DNA of 64,000 nt. Origin: Squalus acanthias. Taxonomy: Eukaryota. Position numbers and translations under genes: made by a program. The DNA lies in assembly GCA_030390025.1 (NCBI GenBank), contig CM059432.1, positions 33,110,001 to 33,174,000 of the forward strand, written 5' to 3'. Below the pieces are notes generated by a model. That model worked only from the letters and a program-made list of their open reading frames with translations. It had not been told where the DNA came from and did no database searches. Positions 12,702 through 24,420 of the stretch are shown here, piece after piece (the first letter of the stretch is position 1; every line of letters starts with the position of its first letter).

Positions 12702-12923
12702 TGTTGAGGCTGCCGCGAAACACGAATTAAAGCTGAATCCATGTGTGGAAAACGAGAGACTTTAATGCAACTGCATGGTCCAAAAATGGCTGAACACTGC
12801 TCCCAGAATTCTCTGGAAAAATCCTGAGGCCCCGCCCACTCCTGCCTTAAAGGGAAGGTGCATCGAATTATTGTCCACGGACGGAAAAGTGGATAATGCC
12901 CGTTTAGGTGGCAATCCGCCACA
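12702..12923 (-). repeat. 5' LTR of Gypsy element 1
   Basis: Direct repeat of 8608-8844; adjacent to PBS. Confidence 0.95.
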
Positions 12924-13065
12924 GTTTTATGTTTGTTTCTATTAGTTTGTCATGAAGCAATGTACATGTTTGGCCTTTGGAATCATTGCTGCCTTGGCCG
13001 GCTATAGGGGTTGCGGGTTGCTTTCCATCATGTTCTCCATGCCAGAAGCCATTTCCTGAGTAGGG

Positions 13066-14185
13066 GCCTAGAAGTGGCTTGTTATCCGTCTTTGACGGAC
13101 GGCCCTTGTAGTTTCAACATTGTGGGCCTCCCTCCCACCTTGGTGCTGCTGCTGATCCTCCTCCGGTGGTGCACCAAGGTCTGGTGGCATTGGCTGGGTC
13201 CTGAGGATGCAGCATGCAGCACACAACTATGAAGAGGGAGACTCGCTCAGGCGAGTACTGCAGGGCTCCTCCTGAGTGGTCCAGACAGCGGGAACCATTG
13301 CTTGAGCACGTCGATCGTCTGCTCAATTGTGTTCCTGGTGGCGAGATGGCTCTCGTTGTACTGCAGCTCAGCAGGGGTGTTGGGGTTATGGAGCGGTGTC
13401 GTCAGCCACGTGCACAGTGGATAACTCTTGTCCCCGAGGAGCCAACTACTTGGCTGATGTGCTGCCTGGAAAAGATCTGGTGCAGGATGAAAGCATCGTA
13501 GCTGTTGCCAGGATTGCAGGCATTGACAGCGAGCATCAGCTGTCTGTGGTCACAGACCAACTGGACATTTAAGGAGTGGAACCCCTTGCAGTTTCGGAAT
13601 ACCTCTGCATTCTCCTGCAGTGCCCGCAATGCCACATGCGTGCAGTCAATGGCGCCCTGCACCATGGGGAAGCCCACTATCCTCGCAAAGCCCAATGCGC
13701 GTTCATGCTCTTTGGCCCGGGTCACCGGGAAAGAGATGTACTGGCGTCTCCTTTTATAGAGGGCATTTGTGACCTGCCGGATACAGCAATGGACCGCGAA
13801 CTGGGAGATATTGGCGATGTCCCAAGTAGCTGCTTGAAAGGAGCCGGTGGCATAAAAATTCAGAGCCACTGTGACCTTCACTGCCACCAACAGATGTCCT
13901 GGTCCTCAGTTGAGGCTGCAGATCTGGCTGCAGCAGGTGGCAGAGCTCAGTGACCACCTCCTTGCTGAAGCGCAGCCTGCGCAAACACTGCTCCTCAGAC
14001 AAATGAATGTAGGAGAATTGTTCCCGGAATACCCAGGGAGGGTAAGGTCTCCTGTGCAGAGGCCTGTTGGTGCTCCTCCGTCTGGCCATGATTGCCACTC
14101 TCTCTCTCTGCGTCTCTGTTGCCTCCGATTCTGCTGGCGCAGGACGACGCCCCGAATCAGTGCAGCCCCCAAAGTCTCTTGACAA
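13066..14185 (-). pseudogene. Harbinger B transposase pseudogene
   Basis: [41 protein letters not shown]; frameshifted relative to the intact 29588-30748. Confidence 0.9.
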
Positions 14186-14277
14186 TCGAAGTAATGAAGG
14201 TCAAATCCAAAAGAACCTGCAAAGTGATGCTCAGTAGCCAAAACTACTTCACACAGCGTTGACTCTGTGCAGAAGTG

Positions 14278-14316
<39 letters not shown>

Positions 14317-14340
14317 CTCTCTCTCTCTCTCTCTCTCTCT
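14278..14340. repeat. (CT)n microsatellite upstream of Harbinger B transposase
   Basis: Visible CT run; shorter homologous run at about 30852-30891 in the other copy. Confidence 0.9.
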
Positions 14341-14680
14341 GTCAGAATGAGTGGTGCAAAAATGTCTACCACAAAAAAAGGCAGGAAGAGAGCACCTTTA
14401 AAATATCACCCTCAGCCCCTCACTGACTGGAAAACGTTCCAGTCTCCGTCGTTGCTTGCGGCAGGCGAAAAGGAGGCGGGCGCCACTCAATATCCAGCTC
14501 AGGGCGTTGCACGCTCGACTGACGTCACGATCTGCGGGCGCAGGAGATCAGGGCGGTAGACTTTTGCACTGCCTCAAAAACTCCAGTCAACTTCGTGAGC
14601 GGCGCAAACATCGCCGCCCCCGAGCGCTAGTTGCTTTGCGCCGCTAACGGGAGGTGCAAAGCAACCGAATTTTTCCCCCC

Positions 14681-15052
14681 TAGTCCTCAACTGACACATC
14701 TACTAGTAGCATAGGAACCATTTATACCCTGTCATCCTGGTCCTCCGATTCGGAGGAAAAGCAGCCGCGGCAGCAGCAACAACAGGAGCGCCAACCTCCT
14801 CCTCACCCACCTGATGCTGCAGAGGGCATCAGCGCAAGCCTGCACGTCACCGCAGGAGCTACCCCCAACACGGTTTATAGGCCGAGGATGAGCTTCCTCA
14901 ACATGACTGAGCAGCAGGAGGAGGCTGAGACTTTCGCGAGAGGTAGTCGCTGACATCTGCGCAATGCTGCACCAACACCTGGAGCCCAGAGGAGCAGGTG
15001 GACACCCCTTACTAGTGGCTGTCAAAGTCACCACCGCCCTCAATTTTTTTGC
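14681..15052 (+). pseudogene. 5' fragment of a family A-like Harbinger transposase
   Basis: Homologous to 2826-3220 ([24 protein letters not shown]); cut off by CR1. Confidence 0.8.
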
Positions 15053-17835
15053 TTTTTTACTCTTATACTCCAACCCCCTTGCAATAAAGGCCAACATGCC
15101 ATTTGCCTTCCTTATTGCTTGCTGTACCTGCATGTTAGCTTTCTGTATTTCTTGCACAAGTACACCCAAATCTCTCAACACCAACATTTGAAAGTTTCTC
15201 ACCATTTAAAAAATATTCTGTTTTTCTATTCTTCCTACCAAAGTGAATAACCTCACATTTCCATACATTATACTCCATCTGCCACCTTACTGCCCACTCA
15301 TTTAGCCTATCTATATCCCTTTGCAGACTCTTTGGCATGGATTTTCATTGACCCGTGCAGGTGGGTTTGGAGGCTAAAATTGCGAAAATTGGTGGGCGGG
15401 CACAAGCCTGCCTCCATCCCGCCTCCACGCAATTTTCATTAAATCGTGTCTGCTGGTCCCGACTCCGTCCCACCTCTAAGAGGCGGGATAGGTTCTTAAG
15501 GCCCTTAACCAGCACTAAATTGTCTCTAATGCCATTTTGAAAGGCCTTTGTGATTTTAACCCTTTTTCTACGTGAAGCACGCCTGTTCTGAACCACGAAT
15601 GTGAAACCTGGCAGGAGCACATTTGGATAGCTGACTATCTAGCAGGCAGGCAGACATCTGGCTGGTTGGCTATGGGGATGCATATATGGATGGCTATGTG
15701 GAGGAGACATATCTGGGAGTGGTGGTGTAAAAATATCTGGGAGCAGACTGGGAGCTGCTGCTGCTCATTTTGCATCCAGGTCCCCTCTCAGCAAAGGCCA
15801 GGCAGTGTTTGAAGACCTTCAATGCATCAGAGGTGACTTTCAGACTGAAAACACTAATTGGTTCATGGGTTCCCACATGCTGGAACTCAATTGCCCAATT
15901 AGGTGAAAATCGCATCAATCTCCCACATCCAATTGCAGTCGGGTGGATAACACGAAAAGTGGATAACACGACCCCAACCCGCCCCAGTATCAAAATCCAG
16001 CCGTTTATGTTCTCCTCACAGCTTACTGTCCCACCTAGCTTTGTATCATCAGCAAACTTGGATACATTACACTCGGTCCCTTCATCTCGGTCATTAATAT
16101 AGATTGTAAATAGCTGAGGCCCCAACACTGATCCTTGCGGCACCCTACTAGTTGCAGCCTGCCAACCTGAAAAGATCCGTTTATCCCTACTCTCTGTTTT
16201 CTATCTGTTAACCAATCCTCTATCCATGCTACTGTATTACCCCCAACCCCATGAGCCCTAATCTTGTGTAATAACCTTTTATGTGGCACCTTATCAAATG
16301 CCTGTTGGAAATCTAAATATACTGCATTTTTTTAATTTGTTTATGGGATGTGGGCGTCGTTGGCAAGGCCAGCATTTATTGCCCATCCCTAATTGCCTTG
16401 AGAAGGTGGTGGTGAGCCGCTGCCTTGAACTGCTGCAGTCCATGTGGTGAAGGTACTCCCACAGTGCTGTTAGGTAGGGAGTTCCAGGATTTTGACCCAG
16501 TGATGATGAAGGATCGGCGACATATTTCTAAGTCAGGATAGTGTGTGACTTGGAGGGGAACTTGGAGGTGGTGGTGTTCCCATGCGTCTGCTGCCCTTGT
16601 CCTTCTAGGTGGAAGAGGTCGTGGAACATCCACTGGTTCCCCTTTATCTACCCTGCTAGTTACAGCCTCAAAAAACTCTCATAAATTTGTCAAACACGAT
16701 TTCCTTTTCATCCCTTAACCTAATTTGCCAGTTCACTTTAGCTAGCTCTGCTTTCATGCCCTCATAATTGCCCTTATTTAAGTTAAAAATACTAGTCTTG
16801 GACCCACTCTTTCCCTCAAACTGAATGTAAAATTCAATCATATGATCGCTGCTACCTAGGGGTGCCTTCACTGAGGTCATTAATTAATCCTATCTTATTG
16901 CACAATACCAGGTCTAGTATAGCTTGCTCTCTGGTTGGCTCCAGAACGTGCGGTTCTAAGAAACTATCCCGAAAACATACTATGAACTCCTCATCTAGGC
17001 TACTTTTGCCCATCTGATTTTTCCAGTCTATATGTAGATTAAAATCCCCCATGATTATTGCCGTACCTTTCTGTCAAACTCCCATTATTTCTTCCTTTAT
17101 ACTCCATCCTACCATGTGGTTACTGTTAGGGGGCCTGTACACCATTCAAATACTCACTTACCCTTTTCCCTGTGATGTCACCTTTTTATTTTTCTCTGAA
17201 TGCGGTTGGGGGGGTTTCACAGAGCCGAACTCCCAGCTGGTTCTCTGTCCCCTCTCGTGCAGCTTTTTAACTCCTGCTGTCCTGGAGGCTGACAAAGATA
17301 GAAAAAGAGGAAAGGAGCACCTTCCTCCCCTCCTCTCCAAATTCCCTTACTCACCAAACTCGCAGGTTTACACTCTGTTCCAAGCTGCACTGGGTATCAT
17401 ATTATGATCACTTTGCCCCAGAGGATCCTTTACTATGAGATTGCTAATTAACCCTGTCTCATTACACAATACAAGATCTAAAATAGCCTGATCCCTGGTT
17501 GATTCCATGACGTATTGTTCTCGGAAACTGTCCCGAATGCATACTCGTCCTCCAGACTAGCTTTGCCAATTTGATTTGTCTAGTCTATAAAGATTAAAGT
17601 CCCCCAAGATTATTGCATTACCTGTATTGCAAGCTCCTACTATTTCTTGATATTCTGTCCAATGGTATAGCTAGTTAGGGGGCCCTATATATTACTCCTA
17701 CCAGTGTTTTCTGCCCCTTGTTATTCCTTATCTCCACCCATACTGATTCTACTTCCTGATCTTCCGAGCTCGGATCCTTTCTCGCTACTGTCCTTAGGTC
17801 ATCCTTTATTATCAGGGCTGCTCCCCCTCCTCTGG
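15053..17835 (-). mobile_element. Stack of CR1/L2 LINE fragments (interrupted by the MITE-like Harbinger)
   Basis: RT motifs [34 protein letters not shown]; endonuclease MGDFNLHIDW, ESVWVEIRNNKGQKTLVGVIYR; second LINE 3' end at about 16330-16625. Confidence 0.85.
15334..16003. mobile_element. Non-autonomous (MITE-like) Harbinger family A derivative
   Basis: Ends GGCATGGATTTTC and CAAAATCCAGCCG, TSD TTT; both halves homologous to the termini of 2333-6575; CR1 rejoins across it. Confidence 0.85.
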
Positions 17836-18594
17836 ACCTCAGGATCACTGGAAACAATCTGTTTCTATTTACCACATCTTAAATTGCATAATTTTAAACA
17901 CCTACCAAATCACCCCATAATCTCCTTTGCGCTAATGAGAATAGTCCCAATTTTTCAAGTCTGTCTTCATATTTGTATTTCCCTTTATAGTAGGCAGCAT
18001 CTTTGTGAATCTCCCCACACTGGTGTTTTGGTGGTGTCAGTGACAGGGAGGAACGGGATGTTACCTGCCCAACTTGATTTTAAACATGTGGTGTACAGGA
18101 CACCGGCAGAGAATGAATTGGTGACCACTCCCCCCTCTTCTCCCCCCCCCCCCCCCCCACCTTGATGGAACCCGTCAACATGTTAAATGGTTGTCATTAG
18201 GAGTAAGTTCATATTCTCTCATCGTAGCTTAGTCATGCTGATGGTTGCTAGACCTTCACTGCAGCAAGGCAGTTCAGTACATCCTCCTCCTGCAGTGCTC
18301 CAAACCTGATATTTTTCCACATCCACATTGATCTTTCAACCCTCACTTGACCAGTATCTGCAGGCCTCTCCACCATGGTTCAGGATACAGTTTTACTTGG
18401 ATTATTTTCAGGTGCCTCTCGAAGGGGGGACCGGCCTTATTCAATTTGAATTTAGATGGGGGACAGAAGATTAGAAGACATGTGGAGAGGGAAGAAAAGC
18501 TATAAATAATAAATCCTAAAATATACAAACGTGCATGAGATGAAGTCAATGAAACTGGGGAGAGTTCGCCTCTACCTGCGTGCTTCATGGTTTA

Positions 18595-18828
18595 ACAGGG
18601 GAGTTATCCCTGGTGTCCTGGCCAATATTTATCCCTCCATCAACATCACTAAAACAGATTATCTGGTCATTATCACATTGCTGTTTGTGGGAGCTTGCTG
18701 TGCGTGAATTGGCACATTTCCCACGTTACAACAGTGGCTACATTTCAAAAGGTAGTTTATTGGCTGTAAAGTGGTTTGGGATGTCCGGTGGTCGTGAAAG
18801 GCGCTATAGAACAGCAAGTCTTTTTTTT
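18595..18828 (+). mobile_element. DeuSINE-type SINE 3' part
   Basis: gtcctggccaatatttatccct...attgctgtttgtgggagcttgctgtgcg...ttggctgtaaagt..tttgggatgtc...aaaggcgctata; inverted homolog at 40.9-41.3 kb. Confidence 0.7.
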
Positions 18829-18844
18829 ACTCCTTCATACTTGG

Positions 18845-19331
18845 AAAGATGCGAGAAGTCGCACAACACCAGGTTATAGTCCAACAGCTTTATTTGAAAT
18901 CACAAGCTTTCGGAGCGCTGCTCCTTCATCAGGTGAAGTGAAGAGATGCATATAGGCACAGCATATATAGTCAGAGAACACTGCCAGATGATTACAGTTA
19001 ATCTTTCTAACTGCCCTTTATCACACCTCGGCAGAGAGATAATCACGGCAATCAAAGGTGTGGATGGTGTCCAAACAGGTCAGTCAGGAAAACATTACAT
19101 CAAAGACAATGAGGTGGGGTCACAAGGGGTCAAATGTGGCAGATGCTGGGGTCTGTATGGAAAACAAAAGACTTTTTTTGCTGGAAATCACAGCAGGTCC
19201 GGCCGCATCTGTGTAGAGAGAACAAGCCAACGACGACTCGAGTCTGGCTGACTCTACGTCAGGTGGGGTTACATGTAGCGTGACATGAACCCAAGATCCC
19301 GGTTGAGGCCGTCCTCATGGGTGCGGAACTA
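18845..19331 (-). mobile_element. Penelope-like element 3' terminal fragment
   Basis: Near-identical to 56880-57331, where it follows a GIY-YIG ORF; includes the ORF end RTHEDGLNRDLGFMSRYM*. Confidence 0.88.
18900..18936 (-). ncRNA. Minimal type I hammerhead ribozyme (Penelope-associated)
   Basis: Minus strand UCAC-CUGAUGA-a-GGAGC-agc-GCUCC-GAAA-GC-UU-GUGA: conserved core, 5-bp stem II, palindromic AAGCUU stem III, stem I UCAC/GUGA. Confidence 0.82.
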
Positions 19332-19766
19332 TGGATAAGAGTCAGATGGTCTGGGCAAAGAGGAATAAAAGGAGACTGTTTGACCTGAGAGATACAGATG
19401 TAGAGAAAAGGATGACTGTACCTGTAGAGGCCGATTCATGCTGGTCAGGTGCACCTAATGCTTCTCTGGTATGCTGGTATTGGGGAATGGATCCATGCTG
19501 GTGAAAGCATAACGCTCTTCTTTGCTAGTAAGAAAACCGTGAGAATGGAGACGTCGCACGCTAAGCTGTCCGGTGACCAAACCGGGTAATATCCTTCGGA
19601 ACTGAATTACTGCCAGTCAATATTGGTCTTTGCCGGCTGTATTGATTTCCACTGTATACCAATGGGACATCTACCATTGCCAACATGTAGTCACGTCCAA
19701 ATCAGGAAGTTTGAGAAAATGCTGGAAATACTCAGCAGATCAGGCAGCAACATGGAGAGAGAAACA

Positions 19767-19804
19767 GAGTTAACATTTCAGGTCGATGACCCTTCGTCAG
19801 AACT
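19767..19804 (-). ncRNA. Minimal hammerhead ribozyme motif of second Penelope family
   Basis: Minus strand AGUU-CUGACGA-a-GGGUC-auc-GACCU-GAAA-UG-UU-AACU; stem III palindrome broken by one change (AAUGUU instead of AACGUU). Confidence 0.75.
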
Positions 19805-21400
19805 GGAAAAAGTTGGAGAAGTAACCGATTTTTAAGCAAGTGTAGGGGCAGGGAAAGGGAGGAGGGGAGGAAAGAACAAAAGGGAAGGTCTGTTAGGATG
19901 GAAGGCAGGAGAGATTAAAAGACAAAAGGGATGATGGTGCAAGGCAAAAGGCGATGGTAATGGGACAAGTTAAGAAACAAAAGATGACTCTAGATGAAGT
20001 GTAAATGGCAATGGCAGGATGATCAACAGCTGCCATGTGAGAAAGAAGAAAACATAGGGGCCGAGGTTATGGTCTGAAATTGTTGAACTCGATGGTGAGT
20101 CCAGAAGGCTGTAAAGTGCCTAATCGAAAGATGAGGTGCTGTTCCTCGAGCTTCGTTGGAACAGTGTAAGAGACAGAGAACGAAGAGATCAGAGTGGGAG
20201 TGGAGCGGAGAATTAAAGTGACAGGCGACCGGAAGCTCAGGGTCACGCTTATGGACTGAACGAGGTGTTCCGCAAAGCGGTCACTCAATCTGTGTTTGGT
20301 CTCCTCAATGTAGAGGAGACCACATAGTGAGCAGCGAATACAGTATACTAAATTGCAAGTACAAGTAAATCACTGTTTCACCTGGAAGGAGTGTTTGGGG
20401 GCCCTGGACAGTGGGAAGGGAGGAGGTAAAAGGGCAGGCGTTGCATCTCCTGCATTTGCATGGGAAGGTGCCTGGGGAAGGGGTGTTGGGGGTGATAGAG
20501 GAGTGGACCAGGGTGTCGCGGAGGGAGCAGTCCCTTCGGAATGCTGAAATGGGGGGAAGAGGGGCTTGGTGGTGGGATAATGCTGGAATGTCGGAGGTTG
20601 ATCCGTTGAATATGGAGGCTGGTGGGGTGAAAGGTGAGGACAAGTGGAAACGCTATCGTGGTTCTGGGAGGGGAAGGGATGAGAGCAGAAGTGCGGGAAA
20701 TGGAACAGACACTGTCCAGGGCCCTGTCAACTATGGTAGAGAGGAATCCTCGGTTGAGGAAAAAGGAAGGTGGCATAGTCAGAGCAGATGCGGCGGGGAT
20801 GGGGAAACTGGGAGAATGGAATAGAGTCCTTACAGGAAGCGTAGTCCAGGTAGCTGTGGGTGTCAGTGGGCTAATAGTGGATGTTTGTCGATAGCCTATC
20901 CCCAGAAATGGAGACAGAAGTGTCGGAGATGGACCAGGTGAAGGTGAGGGAAGGGTGGAAATTGGAAGCAAAGTGAATGAAATTTTCTAGTTCATGGTGA
21001 GAGCAGGAAACCGCACCAATAGTCATCAATGTACTGGGGGGGAAAAGGTGAGGGAGGGGACCGGAGTAGGACTGGAACAAAGAATGTTCCATATATCCCA
21101 CGAAAAGGCAGGCATAGCTCGGGCCCATGCGGGTTCCCATAGCAACACCTTTAATTTGGAGGAAGTGAGTGGAGTCAAAGGAGTTGTTCAATGTGAGAAC
21201 AAGTTCAACCAGGTGGAGGAGGGTGGTGGTGGATGGGGACTGGTTGGGCCTCTGTTCAGGGAAGAAGCGGAGCGCCCTCAGGCCATCCTGGTGGGGGATG
21301 GAGATGTAGAGGGATTGTACGTCCATAGTGAAAAGGAGATGATTGGTTCCAGGAAACTGGAAACTGTTAAAGTGGTGGAGGGTGTCGGAAGAGTCGCAGG

Positions 21401-22001
21401 TGTAGGTCTTTTAATGGTTTTCCACTATTTCGTGATGCGTCGGAAAAGTTTATTAAGCATAAAAATACCTATCTTACCAAAGCTATGCAGTAATTAACAG
21501 GTTTAGACAAGCTTTACTTCTGTTTTAACCTTGGACGGTGGAGCGCGCTGACTCGGCTTTTGTGCATCGTGACGTCTTCCCGTCCTCCCTGGCTCGTCCT
21601 TCGTTTCTCTGCTGTGTCCGCCAACGCTTGGCTTGCTTCTTTTATGCAGCCTCTGCCAGCTGGCCTCCTCGTACGCGATCCTGCTGAGCTCAGCGATTGG
21701 TCCTCAGGCTGCGTGATCAGTCCACAATTGGTCCTTAACGCTCTGGCACCGGCCTCTGTCCAATGGCGTCCTTCCACGGGGAATTACATAGACAAGCTCG
21801 CCCCATTCGTTCCTTTTTAGCAGTTATCAACCAGTTTCCACTCGTCTGATCTGCCCTTGCGGTTACATTTTAAACAAGTTCTCACTGTTTTAGGCATGTA
21901 CACAGTTTACAGTCAAAGGTTACAGTTCAAAAGTTCAGAGAATATTTAGCCTTAATTCTTTAACAAGCTTTACATTAATTCTTTAACAAGCTTTCCTCAC
22001 A
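21401..22001 (-). mobile_element. Probable solo LTR inserted in the Penelope RT
   Basis: About 600-bp interruption of the RT frame with TGT...ACA ends; minus-strand gcataaaa TATA-like and attaaa polyA-like signals; TSD not clear. Confidence 0.6.
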
Positions 22002-23629
22002 GTGGGAAGAGACTGGACAAGGGGAGAAAAAATAGTTGAGATAGAAAGAGGTAAGTTCTGTGGGGCAAGAACAGGCTGAAACAATGGGTCTACCAGGGCA
22101 GTTCTGTTTGTGGATCTTGGGAAGGAGGTAGAAGCGGGGTTGGGGAACTGAGGTTGGCGGCCATGGAGGGAAGATCTCCAGAGGAGATGAGGTCAGGGAC
22201 AGTTTGGAAACGATGGCTTGATGTTTGGTAGTGGGGTCACGGTCCAGGGGGAGGTAGGAGGAGGTGTCAGAGAGTTGGCGTTCAGCCTCTGCTTTGTAGA
22301 GGTCAGTTCGCCAAACAACAACAGCACCACCCTTCGTCAGCAGGTTTAATGACAATGTTAGGGTTAGATCTGAGAGAATGGAGTGCTGCAAGTTCAGAGG
22401 GAGGTAGGTTGGAGTGAGTGAGGGGAGCAGAGAAATTGAGACGGCTGATATCACGCCGGCAGTTTACAATGAAAAGATCTAGAGCGGTTAAGAGGCCAGA
22501 GGAGGGGGGGGGGGGGGGGGGTCCAGGTCGACCGTGAATTCTGAAAAAGGGAGAAAGGGTCAGCTGTGCAGGGGGTGGGGGGAAAGACTCCTGGCCAAAG
22601 AAGTGGGCACGGAGACAAAGGCGACGGAACAAGAGCTCCGTGTCGTGCTGAGCTCAAAATCCATTGACATGGGGGGCGTAAGGGGATTAAATTCAGGCCT
22701 TTGCTGAGGACTGATCATTCAGGGTCAGAGGGGATAGTGAAAACACAGCAGGGGGTGAGATTGGAAGAGGGGATGGGCTCAAGAGGAAAGTGAAGGGGAA
22801 GAAGGTTCCGGAGGGGCATTGGTGTCCAAGAGTTTTTGAAGCGTACGATCCTTGACATCTGAAAGGAAGAAAAAAGTTTTGTTTAAGCGCTGGATGAGGT
22901 GAAGGATGAAATGGAACTGCGGACCAGGACAGCTTTAAGATAGTGAGTCGGTGCTGCTGAAGAGAGAGGTCGAGAGCGTGCATGTGGCTGCGCATGGCAT
23001 TGAGCGTGGATCTCCAGATACAGCGAGAGCAGTGGTTTGAGGAACGCTGAATATCTCTGATATCTGTAATCCTGGGTGGAACCAAAACATGAAGGGTGGA
23101 ATTTCAGTTGGAATCCACATGGAATAAATCGGAGTCGGAGACAGTTGCTGAGGATCAATAGTATAATAACGGTTATACAATAGACTCCCATAACATATCT
23201 GCAGACCCAAAATGATCAAGCTTGGCTTCCGTAGGTGTTGGACATCTGACTGTCCCCTGAGTTCTAGTTACAAGATGGCTGCTACACATTCTTGTGTATC
23301 CCACTTTACCCATCCAAAGACCTTCTGTTCATCCTTAAAGGACCTTCCTCTTTAATGTGAGTTATAGATATCCAAAATGTATGTTGAAGTGAGGTTCCTT
23401 CTCTCCAAACCTCCAGATCTTGACATAATGGCCATCTTGACGGTTTAACTGCTAATCAATATAACCTGATTTTTCCTGCCTGACATTACAAAGGAACAGG
23501 AGATGCCCTGGACCTTCCCCGATAGACCAGCCAGTAATCATATTAACTATCAGTTTTCTGCCCCTCCATTGTTCCAGCTAACCTCTGATAACACACATTC
23601 TTATCTGACAATGACCTCAAACTTTGGGA

Positions 23630-23840
23630 TCTGAGCATCGGTGAGCAGGTTATTGGTAAGTAAGTGCAGCTTGATAGCACTGTCGACCCCTTCCATCACT
23701 TGCTGATGATTGAGAGTAGGCTGATGGGGTGGTAACTGGCTGGATTGGATTTGACCTGCTTTTTGTGGACAGGACATACCTGGGCAATTTTCCACTTTGG
23801 TAGATGCCAGTGTTGTAGCTGTACTGGAACAGCTTGGTTC
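23630..23840 (-). mobile_element. CR1/L2-clade LINE RT fragment
   Basis: WKIAQVCPVHKKQVKSNPASYHPISLLSIISK; same family as 62315-62728. Confidence 0.85.
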
Positions 23841-23849
23841 CTTGAAGTG

Positions 23850-24420
23850 AAAGTGAGGCTGTCAAAAATTTGACCTTTATTAGACACTCTGGCAGCCTAC
23901 AGAAGTGGGATGCGTCTCAACCCGAAAATTCGCAGAGCACTGCACAAAAATTTGTGATCCATCCTTTTGAATGCCTTCTCCTGATCCACGGAGAAATTGT
24001 TGCTCGGCTGACCAGTCCTCTGGGGAAGCTGGATGAGGTCCCGGGCCAGCTGGCTATCGTTGTACATGGACTGGACCGTGATGACGTGGAACTGGTCATG
24101 TTCGCTAGTACAGTGTCAAGGCAGGCAGACATGGTCTTGGCTAAGATTTTATAATCTGTGCTGAGGAGGAAGAACAGGCATCAGTTTCTTAAGGAGATGC
24201 AGATGCCTCTTAGATACCAGGGCAATGGTTGACCTGTGCCAAGAAAGAGGCATCTGTCCAGTTGCTAAAGCTTTCCCCAGGGTGACCAACACGCTGTGTG
24301 GGACTGTACGGTCCAGCCTGGGAACTTTATTATGGGAGGACTGGTGTATGCAGCAGTTAGCTCTGTAAGGGTTATTGGAGCCTTGTTGATATGAGTCGAC
24401 CTTTCATGGGACCACCCTCA
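23850..24420 (-). mobile_element. Tx1/L1-clade LINE RT fragment, old
   Basis: Minus-strand YKILAKTMSACLDTVL and VDQEKAFKRMDHKFLCSALRIFG; further upstream piece near 25270-25440 (DRGSPLYSLEKK). Confidence 0.7.

Larger units (their letters stand above)
8608..12923 (-). mobile_element. Full-length Gypsy LTR retrotransposon, CsRn1/Kabuki/Boudicca-type, frameshifted
   Basis: LTRs 8608-8844 and 12702-12923 (TG...CA); TSD GTTT; PBS TGGTGACTCCGACG; PPT ggggggag next to the 3' LTR; gag-PR-RT-RH-IN order. Confidence 0.95.
6940..14680. mobile_element. Degenerate Harbinger family B copy, left end lost or deleted, interrupted by a Gypsy element
   Basis: 6940-8607 and 12924-14680 are colinear with the intact copy at 27399-31262; right TIR-like gaatttttcccccc. 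Confidence 0.85.
19700..23160 (-). mobile_element. Penelope-like retroelement (RT plus GIY-YIG), degenerate, second family
   Basis: IVIKPADEG, PRFYLLPKIHKQNCPGRPIVSAC, MDVQSLY..IPH.DGL, QIKGVAMGTRMGPSYACLFVGY, PLVLTFHP, C-terminal DRFAEHL...EQHLIFRLGTLQPSGL. Confidence 0.92.
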
